Positions 8,543 through 17,009 of a stretch of DNA of 33,807 nt are shown one piece after another (the first letter of the stretch is position 1; each line of letters starts with the position of its first letter). The translations under genes were made by a program, and so were the position numbers. Source of the stretch: Escherichia phage vB_EcoM-12474III. Below the pieces are notes generated by a model that saw only the letters and a list, made by a program, of their open reading frames with translations, ran no database searches and was not told where the DNA came from. The stretch lies in sequence record NC_049457.1; one strand, written 5' to 3'.

Positions 8543-8982
8543 CCGTTTTGCTGTGCACGCTCCATCTGTTCATCTGAATAGTTCCATGCTCCATCCGTGG
8601 CAACCATTGCCCCGCCAGACACCCCCGTCTCTGGTTCATACATAACAGCAAGGCCGAGCTGATGCATAATTTCATGATTAATTCTGAATACCAGGCCACG
8701 CTCACTAAGTTCTTTCCAGTTCACAATCTCATATGCGCTTGTATTAAGCAGCTCAATACTTAGCAAGACATAATCTTCCAGCCAGTCTGACAGGTCAGTA
8801 ACATCTGTTATCCGGGCTTCAACCTTTCGCCCCGTAAACACACCCTGTACCCATTCATGCAAAATCAGCGTATCCCCGCGCTCATAATTACGGTCATTTT
8901 TCCGAAACTCTGCACGTTTCTTTCCTTCCAGCACAAGGTCGAAATATTTTGCGTGCAGCTTTACCTCGTGAATTTTTGCCAT
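8530..8982 (-). CDS. ASCH/DUF3850-like protein with a C-terminal HExxH motif
   Basis: MAKIHEVKLHAKYFDLVLEGKKRAEFRKNDRNYERGDTLILHEW... resembles PUA-like ASCH/DUF3850 domains; C-terminal part contains HEIMH followed by YEPE; ATG at 8982 overlaps the end of A. Confidence 0.6.
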   Translation of the reverse strand: MAKIHEVKLHAKYFDLVLEGKKRAEFRKNDRNYERGDTLILHEWVQGVFTGRKVEARITDVTDLSDWLEDYVLLSIELLNTSAYEIVNWKELSERGLVFRINHEIMHQLGLAVMYEPETGVSGGAMVATDGAWNYSDEQMERAQQNGWLG

Positions 8983-11267
8983 GATGTCCACTCCATTACT
9001 GTTGAGAATCCCGGCCACACATCAGCGACCAGATACGTGAATTTTTTTCCGTCATAATTTACGGTTGCTCCACGCGCCAGCGCCTCAAGTTCCCATCGCT
9101 GAGGCCAGATGCCGTTCTGAGCAAGGTCAACACGGATACGGGTAATTTGCATACGCTCCGACCGGGTCAGCCTGGCCGATGGCGCTATTTCATTCGGTTT
9201 TAACGGGCTTCCGTTTCTTTGCTGACGGTTTGGTGTTCTCAGGCCGTGTTTTAATGCGCCCCTGAGCGCCCTCACGACCTCCGGGTCATTCCATTCGATA
9301 ACACCGTCATCAACCAGATTAAGCACGGCTGCGGCGCGCTCAGAAGGTGTGGGAGCCGGTAACGAAGTATCACCACCGGTGAGCTTTCCACAGTTATTGA
9401 CAGGACTCCGAGGCGCGGCGATGCCGCTTTTTAAAGTCAAAGGCTCAACGACCGGCACTTTCGGAACAATGCGCCAGTCCGTCGTTCTGGTGATATGAAT
9501 ATGACGCGCGCCGAGATGCGGCGCGTAAATGCCGACCACTCTCTCGACTTCTTCCTCGTACTCGTTAACTTCATCCGACGGACTACGGGCGACCCTGACA
9601 GTCTGACAATCGCGCGGGACATTTGCCCCACCCTGCGCGCTGATATACAGCGCAAAATCACCACTGTCTGCGGCGGCGCGTGCAGCCTCGACGCGCTCGT
9701 CAAACTCATCAGCAATGCTGACGCCGCGAGGCAATTTGCGTAGTTCACGGTAAGCCCCCATTGTCGGCAGGCCAACCGTTTTAAATTGCGGAATGCGCCA
9801 CGTTGACGCCCATGCGGTAACAGCCGCGGCAGTATCTTTCAGCGGTCTGCCGGTATCGTTATCGAGCTGCCCATCCAGTGCATAGCCGTCGATATTTTTT
9901 GAGATGTATTTCGCGATATACCCCGCAGCACCGCCCCGATTAAGATGTTTTGCCTGAAAACGGTTTCGCGCGGCTCCTCTTTCGTCGCCATCCTCTTTGA
10001 GCGCATAGCGACGCATGATTTCAATAATCTGGTTACGCTGGCGTGGATTACAAAAAAGCATCATATGCCAGTGCGGCGTTCCGTCGTGGTGTGGCTCAAC
10101 GACACGCAAACCGTAGGCCTGTAAATCATTATCCTTGAATGCCGTGCGCATCAGGCTCCAGATACGGCAGAGATAACGCTGCGCATCCTTTGGATTAAAT
10201 GCCTCATGGTTCCAGCCGTGATTAAGCTGGACGGTTTTACTTTCGCCTTTTCCGACCTGACGTGTCGGGTGATACTTTGACGGCGCGGTCAGCGTGATAA
10301 ACATCCCCACATCACCCTCTGCGGCGGCGTAACGCTCAATACCGGCAATGGTGTTCATCAGCTCCATCCGGCGAATTTCAGGATTAGAAATACTGCCCAT
10401 CACCTTACTGATAAGGTCGATGCGTTCGCCGGTTTCCCTGTTTTCAAGGTCACACGATTTAAGAAATTCCAGATTTGCCTGGCGGCGTGCACGTACATCA
10501 CGAATGGCATGTTTACTGGCATAAGGAGAACGGTCTTTATTCACCGCCCCGACAGCAATCAGTAACGCCTCATGCCAGCGCATACGCTGGCCTTTAAGCT
10601 GATGAGCCCACCACTCATCGTTAAACAGACGGGCAATGGCAGAATATGCCTGCCTCGTGGTCATCTGCCCTTTACGGTATTTTTTCCAGTAGAGAGGGGA
10701 AATATTGAAAGCTCGTGCAGCGCCAGCAACATGACCATACAGGTGAGCCTGCGCCTCATCCGTAAACAGCGATTCTTTCTCGCCATGCGCATCCACCCAG
10801 GCATCGCTGAGTTCCTCATACATCATGAAAAGCTGCGATGAGATACGGGCGGCAAATTTTTTCAGCTCCTTGTCATTCATTCCCGGCAGGCGCGCATAGT
10901 GGTCACGCTCTGCCAGAAACAGTAACGACGCGTCGGTGTTCATTTCATGGCGCTGATTCACACGCTCAATGCGCGGCCATAAACGACGCTGAAAAGTGGA
11001 TGTGAGAAAATAAAACCCGTGCACCGGGCTTTTATTGCGCCGGATGTAGTCATAGCGTGAAGTAAACAGCGAGCGCAAAAAGTAAGGCAGGCGGTTAATC
11101 GTGGATAAAACACCTTGCACCTGACGCATCTCGTCACGTGTAAGGGGTCTTTCGCGCCCGACAGCCTCGCGTGGCGCGTTCCATGCATAAGCACCGGTAA
11201 ACGCCTTACCGGTGCCTGCGGCAAATGCTGACGGAGGGACAAAACGCCCGGAGGCTTTAACGGCCAT
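8961..11267 (-). CDS. A: Rolling-circle replication initiator endonuclease gpA
   Basis: Long ORF; from MAVKASGRFVPPSAFAAGTGK... it matches P2 gpA as I recall it (about 761 aa); start chosen at that Met. Confidence 0.9.
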   Translation of the reverse strand: MAVKASGRFVPPSAFAAGTGKAFTGAYAWNAPREAVGRERPLTRDEMRQVQGVLSTINRLPYFLRSLFTSRYDYIRRNKSPVHGFYFLTSTFQRRLWPRIERVNQRHEMNTDASLLFLAERDHYARLPGMNDKELKKFAARISSQLFMMYEELSDAWVDAHGEKESLFTDEAQAHLYGHVAGAARAFNISPLYWKKYRKGQMTTRQAYSAIARLFNDEWWAHQLKGQRMRWHEALLIAVGAVNKDRSPYASKHAIRDVRARRQANLEFLKSCDLENRETGERIDLISKVMGSISNPEIRRMELMNTIAGIERYAAAEGDVGMFITLTAPSKYHPTRQVGKGESKTVQLNHGWNHEAFNPKDAQRYLCRIWSLMRTAFKDNDLQAYGLRVVEPHHDGTPHWHMMLFCNPRQRNQIIEIMRRYALKEDGDERGAARNRFQAKHLNRGGAAGYIAKYISKNIDGYALDGQLDNDTGRPLKDTAAAVTAWASTWRIPQFKTVGLPTMGAYRELRKLPRGVSIADEFDERVEAARAAADSGDFALYISAQGGANVPRDCQTVRVARSPSDEVNEYEEEVERVVGIYAPHLGARHIHITRTTDWRIVPKVPVVEPLTLKSGIAAPRSPVNNCGKLTGGDTSLPAPTPSERAAAVLNLVDDGVIEWNDPEVVRALRGALKHGLRTPNRQQRNGSPLKPNEIAPSARLTRSERMQITRIRVDLAQNGIWPQRWELEALARGATVNYDGKKFTYLVADVWPGFSTVMEWTSWQKFTR

Positions 11268-11532
11268 ATGAGCCAAAAGCCTCTGAACAACGCTTGCTGA
11301 GTTGCTCAACCTGCGCGTTTAAATCAGCAAAAGACTTTGCGCTTCCGGTCAGAATATCGTGATGCATCAGGCCGGAAACGAGCTGGCTTAATTTCGGGTA
11401 ATAACCAACCACTGCCAGCCATTCCTGACCGACGTTTTTACCGCTTTCCGCTCTCTTTTTCTCGTGGAGAATAAACTGAAAGCTGTCACTGGTAACGACA
11501 TAACGTTCGCCAATTTCAATACGAATACTCAT
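11257..11532 (-). CDS. Hypothetical protein, P2 orf83-like by position
   Basis: 91-aa ORF directly upstream of and overlapping A, as in P2. Confidence 0.6.
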   Translation of the reverse strand: MSIRIEIGERYVVTSDSFQFILHEKKRAESGKNVGQEWLAVVGYYPKLSQLVSGLMHHDILTGSAKSFADLNAQVEQLSKRCSEAFGSYGR

Positions 11533-11753
11533 GCCGTTCTCCGGTAATGTTTGTTTTTTGCTTCAAAGACTGACTGACAGGAAACACAACGCGTGGCTGA
11601 CGGATAAGCCGCACGACGGGCAGCAGGTATTGGCGCGTCACACTCTTCGCAAACCAGCGCAGAAGCACCGCAATGTTTTACCCTTGCCGCGTTAATCTGG
11701 CGCTCCAGTAATTCAGCCTGTTGTTCCTGAATAAAATCTACGTTGTCCGGCAT
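11529..11753 (-). CDS. DksA/TraR-type C4 zinc-finger protein (P2 orf82-like)
   Basis: CEECDAPIP ... CVSCQ four-cysteine spacing typical of the TraR/DksA family; conserved position. Confidence 0.7.
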   Translation of the reverse strand: MPDNVDFIQEQQAELLERQINAARVKHCGASALVCEECDAPIPAARRAAYPSATRCVSCQSVFEAKNKHYRRTA

Positions 11754-11755
11754 TA

Positions 11756-12058
11756 TCAGCTCCTTTTATCGTTAAGTTTCCTGGATACATCAGCGCAATA
11801 ACTGGCAAGTTCTGTCGTTAATTTTGTCAGTTCATCCACGGAGGAAATTTGCTTGTGGAATACAGCGCGTTTAACAAGTAAATTGACCACATCAGACAGG
11901 AGGTTTAATTCATTCTGATAAATCGCGATAACAGATTCAGTTATGTCGCGTTTTTCTTTATCAAGACAAAGTTGAATAAGAGACAAATCGCCATTTTTCA
12001 TAACGGCGATTTTTAAGGCGTTATTCAGTAATACAACTGAATGAGAACAGGACATCAA
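11756..12058 (-). CDS. Hypothetical protein (P2 orf81-like by position)
   Basis: 100-aa ORF, translationally coupled to its neighbours. Confidence 0.55.
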   Translation of the reverse strand: MMSCSHSVVLLNNALKIAVMKNGDLSLIQLCLDKEKRDITESVIAIYQNELNLLSDVVNLLVKRAVFHKQISSVDELTKLTTELASYCADVSRKLNDKRS

Positions 12059-12279
12059 AGCACCTCCCCGCGAGACAATCCGATATTGTGAAATTTTTCC
12101 GACTCCTGACTGAGCAGCTCGACTATCTCCACGCGGGATAACTCCGCCTTTGTGATGTGGCGAATCATGGCATCAAGATGAGAAGAAAAGCGCGTCGCCG
12201 CGTCGGCCTGTGCTTCGGTTCTGGCCTGTTGCAGCAGTAATGCGTATTTACCGCACTGATTTTCAGAAACTGTATGCAT
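12055..12279 (-). CDS. Hypothetical protein (P2 orf80-like by position)
   Basis: 74-aa ORF between B and orf81. Confidence 0.55.
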   Translation of the reverse strand: MHTVSENQCGKYALLLQQARTEAQADAATRFSSHLDAMIRHITKAELSRVEIVELLSQESEKFHNIGLSRGEVL

Positions 12280-12342
12280 GACTTTCTCCAGGCAAAAAGA
12301 TGCCCCGCACGATTAAGTGCGTTAAAAACTCTGGTTAATTAC

Positions 12343-12849
12343 TTAATGCAGATATTGCTCTGGTTTTACCGACGTCAGAATTGTCGGTGCATATTCAAAC
12401 AGACTGAATAATTCACGTAATGCACGGAATAAAGCATCACGCCAGTAACATGACTCTTCATTAATTCGCCAGTATGGCTGATTGAATTCTTTTTCTGTCA
12501 ATCCCGCATGCATAAATAAAGTGCGACGCTGACTGACTGTTAAAAAACTAATATATGCATACTCACTCGCGCCAACCTGACGACGTTTTGAGAATGCCCC
12601 ACGCAATTCATCAATTGCACATACCAGTCGTTCACGTTCGACGTCGTTCATTTCTTCAAAACGCATCGTTGCGTGACGCTGTTTTAACTGCGCATGAAAG
12701 CAAACCGTTAGCCGTTCGCGCTCCATCATCTGATTATAATAATCACATGTATCCTGCCAGCGAGGAACGGCAAGATGCTTACCAATTATCCGGCGCATAG
12801 CTGCTGGCTGTTTTTCAACGAGATTGAGCGTCATCACTGTCATTTCCAT
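12343..12849 (-). CDS. B: Replication protein gpB (helicase-loader-like)
   Basis: MTVMTLNLVEKQPAAMRRIIGKHLAVPRWQDTCDYYNQ... matches P2 gpB as I recall it. Confidence 0.85.
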   Translation of the reverse strand: MEMTVMTLNLVEKQPAAMRRIIGKHLAVPRWQDTCDYYNQMMERERLTVCFHAQLKQRHATMRFEEMNDVERERLVCAIDELRGAFSKRRQVGASEYAYISFLTVSQRRTLFMHAGLTEKEFNQPYWRINEESCYWRDALFRALRELFSLFEYAPTILTSVKPEQYLH

Positions 12850-13010
12850 ACCCTCCGGCTTTTCAGAAAGGTCAGAGCCTTTTTTAACGGACTCTGTTTT
12901 TTGGTGCGGATAATGATTCCCTTACGCCCCTTACCGTGGGTGATGGTGAAGTCAATCGCCCTGGGGCTTTCGTTACGCAGTAACTGAGCAATATAACGCG
13001 GTTCACTCAT
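12840..13010 (-). CDS. Small protein, P2 orf78-like
   Basis: MSEPRYIAQLLRNESPRAIDFTITHGKGRKG...; between cox and B, as in P2. Confidence 0.6.
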   Translation of the reverse strand: MSEPRYIAQLLRNESPRAIDFTITHGKGRKGIIIRTKKQSPLKKALTFLKSRRVWK

Positions 13011-13012
13011 AA

Positions 13013-13285
13013 TCACAACCCCATCCACAAAAGCCATGCATCACGCTGTTCAACTGGTCGGTTATAAAACGCCTCTCGTACAGCGCGATTAAACTCTGGA
13101 ATGAAAACCCACTTCTCACCGACACGAGCGTTCGGCTTACTTGGATCACGAAGCTCAATAACTGGCAATTTATTCTCTTTTACCATCTTGACTACAGCCG
13201 TTTCTGGCTTACCAAGTAACTCTGCAAACTTAACCGTATGTACCGCATCAATCGGGTACTGAATCACATAGTCATTGACTTCCAT
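13013..13285 (-). CDS. cox: Cox (early-promoter repressor and excision directionality factor)
   Basis: 90-aa ORF divergent from C; conserved ...KLPVI...W...GL architecture of P2 Cox but clearly divergent sequence. Confidence 0.75.
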   Translation of the reverse strand: MEVNDYVIQYPIDAVHTVKFAELLGKPETAVVKMVKENKLPVIELRDPSKPNARVGEKWVFIPEFNRAVREAFYNRPVEQRDAWLLWMGL

Positions 13286-13437
13286 TGATTAGCCCTTTTT
13301 GCTTTCGTGTTACCCTTATTAGATCCAGTCCCTTCTAGGTCGCCCCTGTCCTTTCTAGGGACTGGCTAACACACTCAAAAGGTCACCAATACACAACCTT
13401 TTGACGGGAATATAAGTCACCAATAGGTTACTGTCAA
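13286..13437. promoter_or_regulatory. Divergent early promoter/operator region (Pe/Pc equivalent) between cox and C
   Basis: Intergenic region between divergent cox and C; contains direct repeats cccttctagg / cctttctagg and inverted arms ccagtccct ... agggactgg at 13325..13365. Confidence 0.6.
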
Positions 13438-13731
13438 ATGCAGACATTCGAAAAACTGAAAGCGATTAGGAAAGCAGAAGGCTTAACACAGGCGAAATTC
13501 AGCGAAATTAGCGGGATAGCTCTAGGAACAGTCAAAAATTACGAAAGTGGGCATAAAGACCCTGGTCTCAGCATCGTTATGCGAGTCACAAATACGCCTT
13601 TATTTAAAAAATATACGCTCTGGTTAATGACTGGTGATACGTCACCACAAGCTGGTCAGATCGCGCCGGCTCTCGCACACATTGGGCAAAAACCAACAGA
13701 ATCAGACCACTCCGAAAAACAGACTGGTTAA
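13438..13731 (+). CDS. C: Immunity repressor C
   Basis: 97-aa ORF; C-terminal ...KYTLWLMTGD...GQIAPALAHIGQ... resembles P2 C; the N-terminus is divergent. Confidence 0.8.
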   Translation: MQTFEKLKAIRKAEGLTQAKFSEISGIALGTVKNYESGHKDPGLSIVMRVTNTPLFKKYTLWLMTGDTSPQAGQIAPALAHIGQKPTESDHSEKQTG

Positions 13732-13800
13732 CACTCTATAAACATTACATTTTCACTATTTGTTACCAAGATGGTGAATACAGCGTCAGAGGGCTTTCTT

Positions 13801-14781
13801 ATGTCAATTAAGAAGCTCGATGATGGACGCTATGAAGTGGACATTAGACCTCGCGGTCGCGACGGAAAACGCATCCGCAGGAAATTTGAAAGAAAAGCTG
13901 AGGCTGTAGCATTTGAGCGATACACAATCGCCTACGCCAGCCAGAAAGAATGGGCAGGTCAGCGAGCAGATCGCAGAACTTTGAGTGAGTTGCTGGACAT
14001 CTGGTGGAAATATCACGGGCAAAACCACGAGCATGGAACAAAAGAGTTTAATCATCTGCTCAAAACCATCAGCGGCATAGGTGATATACCAGTGAGCCGG
14101 ATGAGCAAAAGAGCTTTGATGGATTATCGTTCCATGCGACTACGTGATGGTATCAGTGCCGCAACGATAAACCGTGACATGTACCGATTATCCGGCATGT
14201 TCACAAAATTAATTCAATTGGATGAATTTTCCGGGCAACACCCAATTCACGGACTGCCGCCACTGGCGGAGGCCAACCCTGAAATGACGTTCCTGGAAAA
14301 AGCAGAAATCGAAAAACTGTTAAATGTTTTGGATGGTGATGACTTACTTGTCGCACTTTTATGTCTGAGCACTGGAGGAAGATGGACGGAAGTTGCCACG
14401 CTAAAACCAGCACAGATTACAAATTGCAGGGTTACCTTCCTGAAAACCAAAAACGGTAAAAAGCGAACCGTGCCGATTTCTGAGGAACTGGAGAAAAAAG
14501 TTAAAGAGGAGGCCAGCGCTAAATTATTCAAAGTTGATTATGAGAAGTTTTGCGGGATTTTACGCAGAGTGAAGCCAGATATACCACCCAATCAGGCAAC
14601 CCACATCCTGCGGCATACATTCGCAAGCCATTTCATGATGAATGGGGGCAATATAATCGCACTGCAACAGATTCTGGGACATGCGAGCATTCAGCAGACG
14701 ATGGCCTATGCGCACCTTGCGCCTGACTACCTGCAAAATGCCGTCGCACTGAATCCTCTAAAAGGCGGAGTGACGTTATAA
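13801..14781 (+). CDS. int: Tyrosine integrase
   Basis: MSIKKLDDGRYEVDIRP... (P2 Int-like N-terminus); C-terminal HILRHTFASHFMMNGG ... LGH ... MAYAHL tyrosine-recombinase motifs. Confidence 0.9.
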   Translation: MSIKKLDDGRYEVDIRPRGRDGKRIRRKFERKAEAVAFERYTIAYASQKEWAGQRADRRTLSELLDIWWKYHGQNHEHGTKEFNHLLKTISGIGDIPVSRMSKRALMDYRSMRLRDGISAATINRDMYRLSGMFTKLIQLDEFSGQHPIHGLPPLAEANPEMTFLEKAEIEKLLNVLDGDDLLVALLCLSTGGRWTEVATLKPAQITNCRVTFLKTKNGKKRTVPISEELEKKVKEEASAKLFKVDYEKFCGILRRVKPDIPPNQATHILRHTFASHFMMNGGNIIALQQILGHASIQQTMAYAHLAPDYLQNAVALNPLKGGVTL

Positions 14782-14795
14782 ATTTCCCTTCTGAG

Positions 14796-15050
14796 TGTCC
14801 ACATAGTGTCCACACTCTCAGAACTTTGTAGCCCTTCCAGTCCCTTATAGGTTTTCTTAAGTTACTGTTTTCTTACGGAAACCGATGTAAGTGATTGATA
14901 AAAAAAACCCCCACATCATGTGGGGGAAGACAGGGATGGTGTCACAAAAAAGCACCTAACCTGATGATATAAATGGATTTATGTCAACCACTGTCCACAT
15001 AGCGTCCACATCGACCATAAATAAGCCCCTCGACTGAGGGGCTATTTTTG
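14796..15050. other. attP: attP region: Int arm-type sites flanking a probable core
   Basis: TGTCCACATAGTGTCCACA (14796..14814) and TGTCCACATAGCGTCCACA (14992..15010) are tandem copies of the reverse complement of TGTGGACA, which I recall as the P2 Int arm-site motif; the probable core is the A-run plus hairpin at about 14898..14930. Confidence 0.55.
14900..14926 (-). terminator. Rho-independent terminator downstream of ogr (likely overlapping the attP core)
   Basis: Minus strand reads stem cccccacatgatgtggggg followed by eight T. Confidence 0.7.
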
Positions 15051-15053
15051 TGA

Positions 15054-15272
15054 TCACATCCACATAATTTGCTGCCCTGACGGCAACGGGTGCGGCCTCA
15101 CGGCGTGGACTTCTCCCGGCTTCACGATGTATCTCTGTACCGACTCATAAGTGATGAACGTGGCGCTGCAATTCACGTTCTGGCACTGGTGATAACGCTC
15201 TTTTGTCGTGTCAGTGATATAGCGGCTTGTACGCGCATGTGCGGCATGCTGGCATAAAGGACAATGAAACAT
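15054..15272 (-). CDS. ogr: Late-gene transcriptional activator Ogr (zinc finger)
   Basis: MFHCPLCQHAAHARTSRYITDTTKERYHQCQNVNCSATF... has the C-X2-C-X22-C-X4-C pattern and matches P2 Ogr (72 aa); RBS GGAAGAGG upstream of the ATG at 15272. Confidence 0.88.
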   Translation of the reverse strand: MFHCPLCQHAAHARTSRYITDTTKERYHQCQNVNCSATFITYESVQRYIVKPGEVHAVRPHPLPSGQQIMWM

Positions 15273-15352
15273 CGCGAGCACCTCTTCCGGTTTTGTTAAT
15301 GGTGCCATTTTATTTAATTTATCCTTATAAAACAAACAGATAAAACTAAACA

Positions 15353-16516
15353 TTAATCATCATCTTCTGTTTCGTACTCCACATCAGAAAGCCTGACCTC
15401 AAGCTCTAAGGACGTCGTGAAGCCGCTATTATTCAGAAAATGTGTCACCTTAGTGATTGTCCAGTCCTGCTCGTCTATGACGCGCTTAAAGCCTGACACT
15501 CTGACCGGTGTTTCCGTGTAAATATCAGCACGACCAGTGGCCAGGCTGATGGAGAACTCCGCAACGCCCCGTTGCAGTTTATCCCACTTCGCCTGAGCGG
15601 CACGCATGGCCTGCGCTTTTGTGGCATATACCGTAGTCAGGGCAAAAACGTTGTCAGCTTCACCTGCCATGTATTCACCTTCGCGCGCTTCCGGTGCTTT
15701 TGGCGCTTTCTTCTGCGTGACCGGTTTCGCTTTCGGGTGCTCCAGTGCGCGCAGGTGTTTCTCTTTCTTTTTGCGTTTCAGTTTTACCTTCTGCTTTTGC
15801 GGCTTCGGGTCTTTGGTGTGTAACCACTTTGCCGTTACGCCGGTGTAAGCTCCACGGTCAGCAATCGCAAAATGATGACGGTCGCCGTCGCTGCGGGTGA
15901 TGGTAATCTGCGGGATTTTTTTACCGCTGGCCGTCACCCCCTGCCCCACTTTGAGAAACAGCAGTTTTCCCATTTTTACCGACACCTCACCGCCGTTGCG
16001 TTCAGCAAGGCGGGTCAGGAATTTTGCATCAGACTCCTGTGACTGGTCGATGTGCGGGATTTTAATTCCGGCCAGTGACGGAGCGACACTGGCTTCCAGC
16101 CTGTTACGGGAGGCTATCGCCTCAACAATCGCACCGAGCGTGGTGTCATGCCAGGAGCCTTCACGGCGGGAATTGAGCGTCCCGCGAAAATCTGCACTCC
16201 TGGCGCGGATGGTGACCACATCCGGCGCGCCCCGGTGTTCAACCTCATCAACGGTAAATTTCCCTTTGCATACCAGGGCAAAACCTTTCCAGCCGATATA
16301 CACCGTCAGGACAGCGCCACGAACCGGCAGCCCGACCTGCCCGTCGGCATCGTTCAGTTCAATATCAAGCTGGTCAGCCTCAAAGCCCCGGTTATCCGTC
16401 AGGGTCATGCTCATCAGACGGTCGCTGATATTGCCGGTAATATCCCTGCTGTCGAGCATCAGCATGTAATCCGGCGTCAGCGTACTGCCTGCATCAAATG
16501 TCAGCGCATCCAGCAT
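15353..16516 (-). CDS. D: Tail protein gpD
   Basis: 387-aa ORF, the same length and position as P2 gpD. Confidence 0.85.
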   Translation of the reverse strand: MLDALTFDAGSTLTPDYMLMLDSRDITGNISDRLMSMTLTDNRGFEADQLDIELNDADGQVGLPVRGAVLTVYIGWKGFALVCKGKFTVDEVEHRGAPDVVTIRARSADFRGTLNSRREGSWHDTTLGAIVEAIASRNRLEASVAPSLAGIKIPHIDQSQESDAKFLTRLAERNGGEVSVKMGKLLFLKVGQGVTASGKKIPQITITRSDGDRHHFAIADRGAYTGVTAKWLHTKDPKPQKQKVKLKRKKKEKHLRALEHPKAKPVTQKKAPKAPEAREGEYMAGEADNVFALTTVYATKAQAMRAAQAKWDKLQRGVAEFSISLATGRADIYTETPVRVSGFKRVIDEQDWTITKVTHFLNNSGFTTSLELEVRLSDVEYETEDDD

Positions 16517-16995
16517 TATCCCGCCTCCGTCATACCCGTGAATTTAGTCGCTATACTGCCAGCCTTACCGATGAGCGATTCCGCCTGTTTACCGATATCG
16601 CCATAAAGCGCGGCCAGTGATTCATCAACGCGGGTGAGCGACAGCGTAAAATCAATTTTTCGGGGTGTGCCGTCTGCAAAGAAAATACTCCCTGTTTCAC
16701 TCACCTTACTGATGACATACATGCCGTAAATCATGCCGGTGCCATCCAGCAACGGCCACGCCCGACCTTCCTCTGCCATCAGCCTGAGCGTGGTCATCGT
16801 CAGCTTGCCGCCGGTCAGTTCGGGATAAAGCACACCGGCCAGCGTGATGTTTTCCTCACCCACACCGAGAAATTGAAAGGCATCCCGTTTGCCGATACGG
16901 GAATTTGACGGCCAGCGATAATCTGATTCACGCTGCATGGTCTGGTGTGGCAGCGTCTGGCGCATAAAAACAAACATACCTAACGCGAGCATCAT
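16516..16995 (-). CDS. U: Tail protein gpU
   Basis: 159-aa ORF between T and D, matching P2 gpU length. Confidence 0.85.
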   Translation of the reverse strand: MMLALGMFVFMRQTLPHQTMQRESDYRWPSNSRIGKRDAFQFLGVGEENITLAGVLYPELTGGKLTMTTLRLMAEEGRAWPLLDGTGMIYGMYVISKVSETGSIFFADGTPRKIDFTLSLTRVDESLAALYGDIGKQAESLIGKAGSIATKFTGMTEAG

Positions 16996-17009
16996 TTTTC
17001 GTCACCTCC

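Noticed and set aside
9437-9775. 112-aa minus-strand ORF and 82-aa plus-strand ORF within gene A
   Set aside because: Both lie inside the well-supported replication gene A in other frames; no evidence of independent expression.
15572-15848. Plus-strand ORFs (83 and 80 aa, Phe/Cys/Arg-rich) inside gene D
   Set aside because: Antisense to the Lys/Glu-rich linker of gpD; a compositional artifact.
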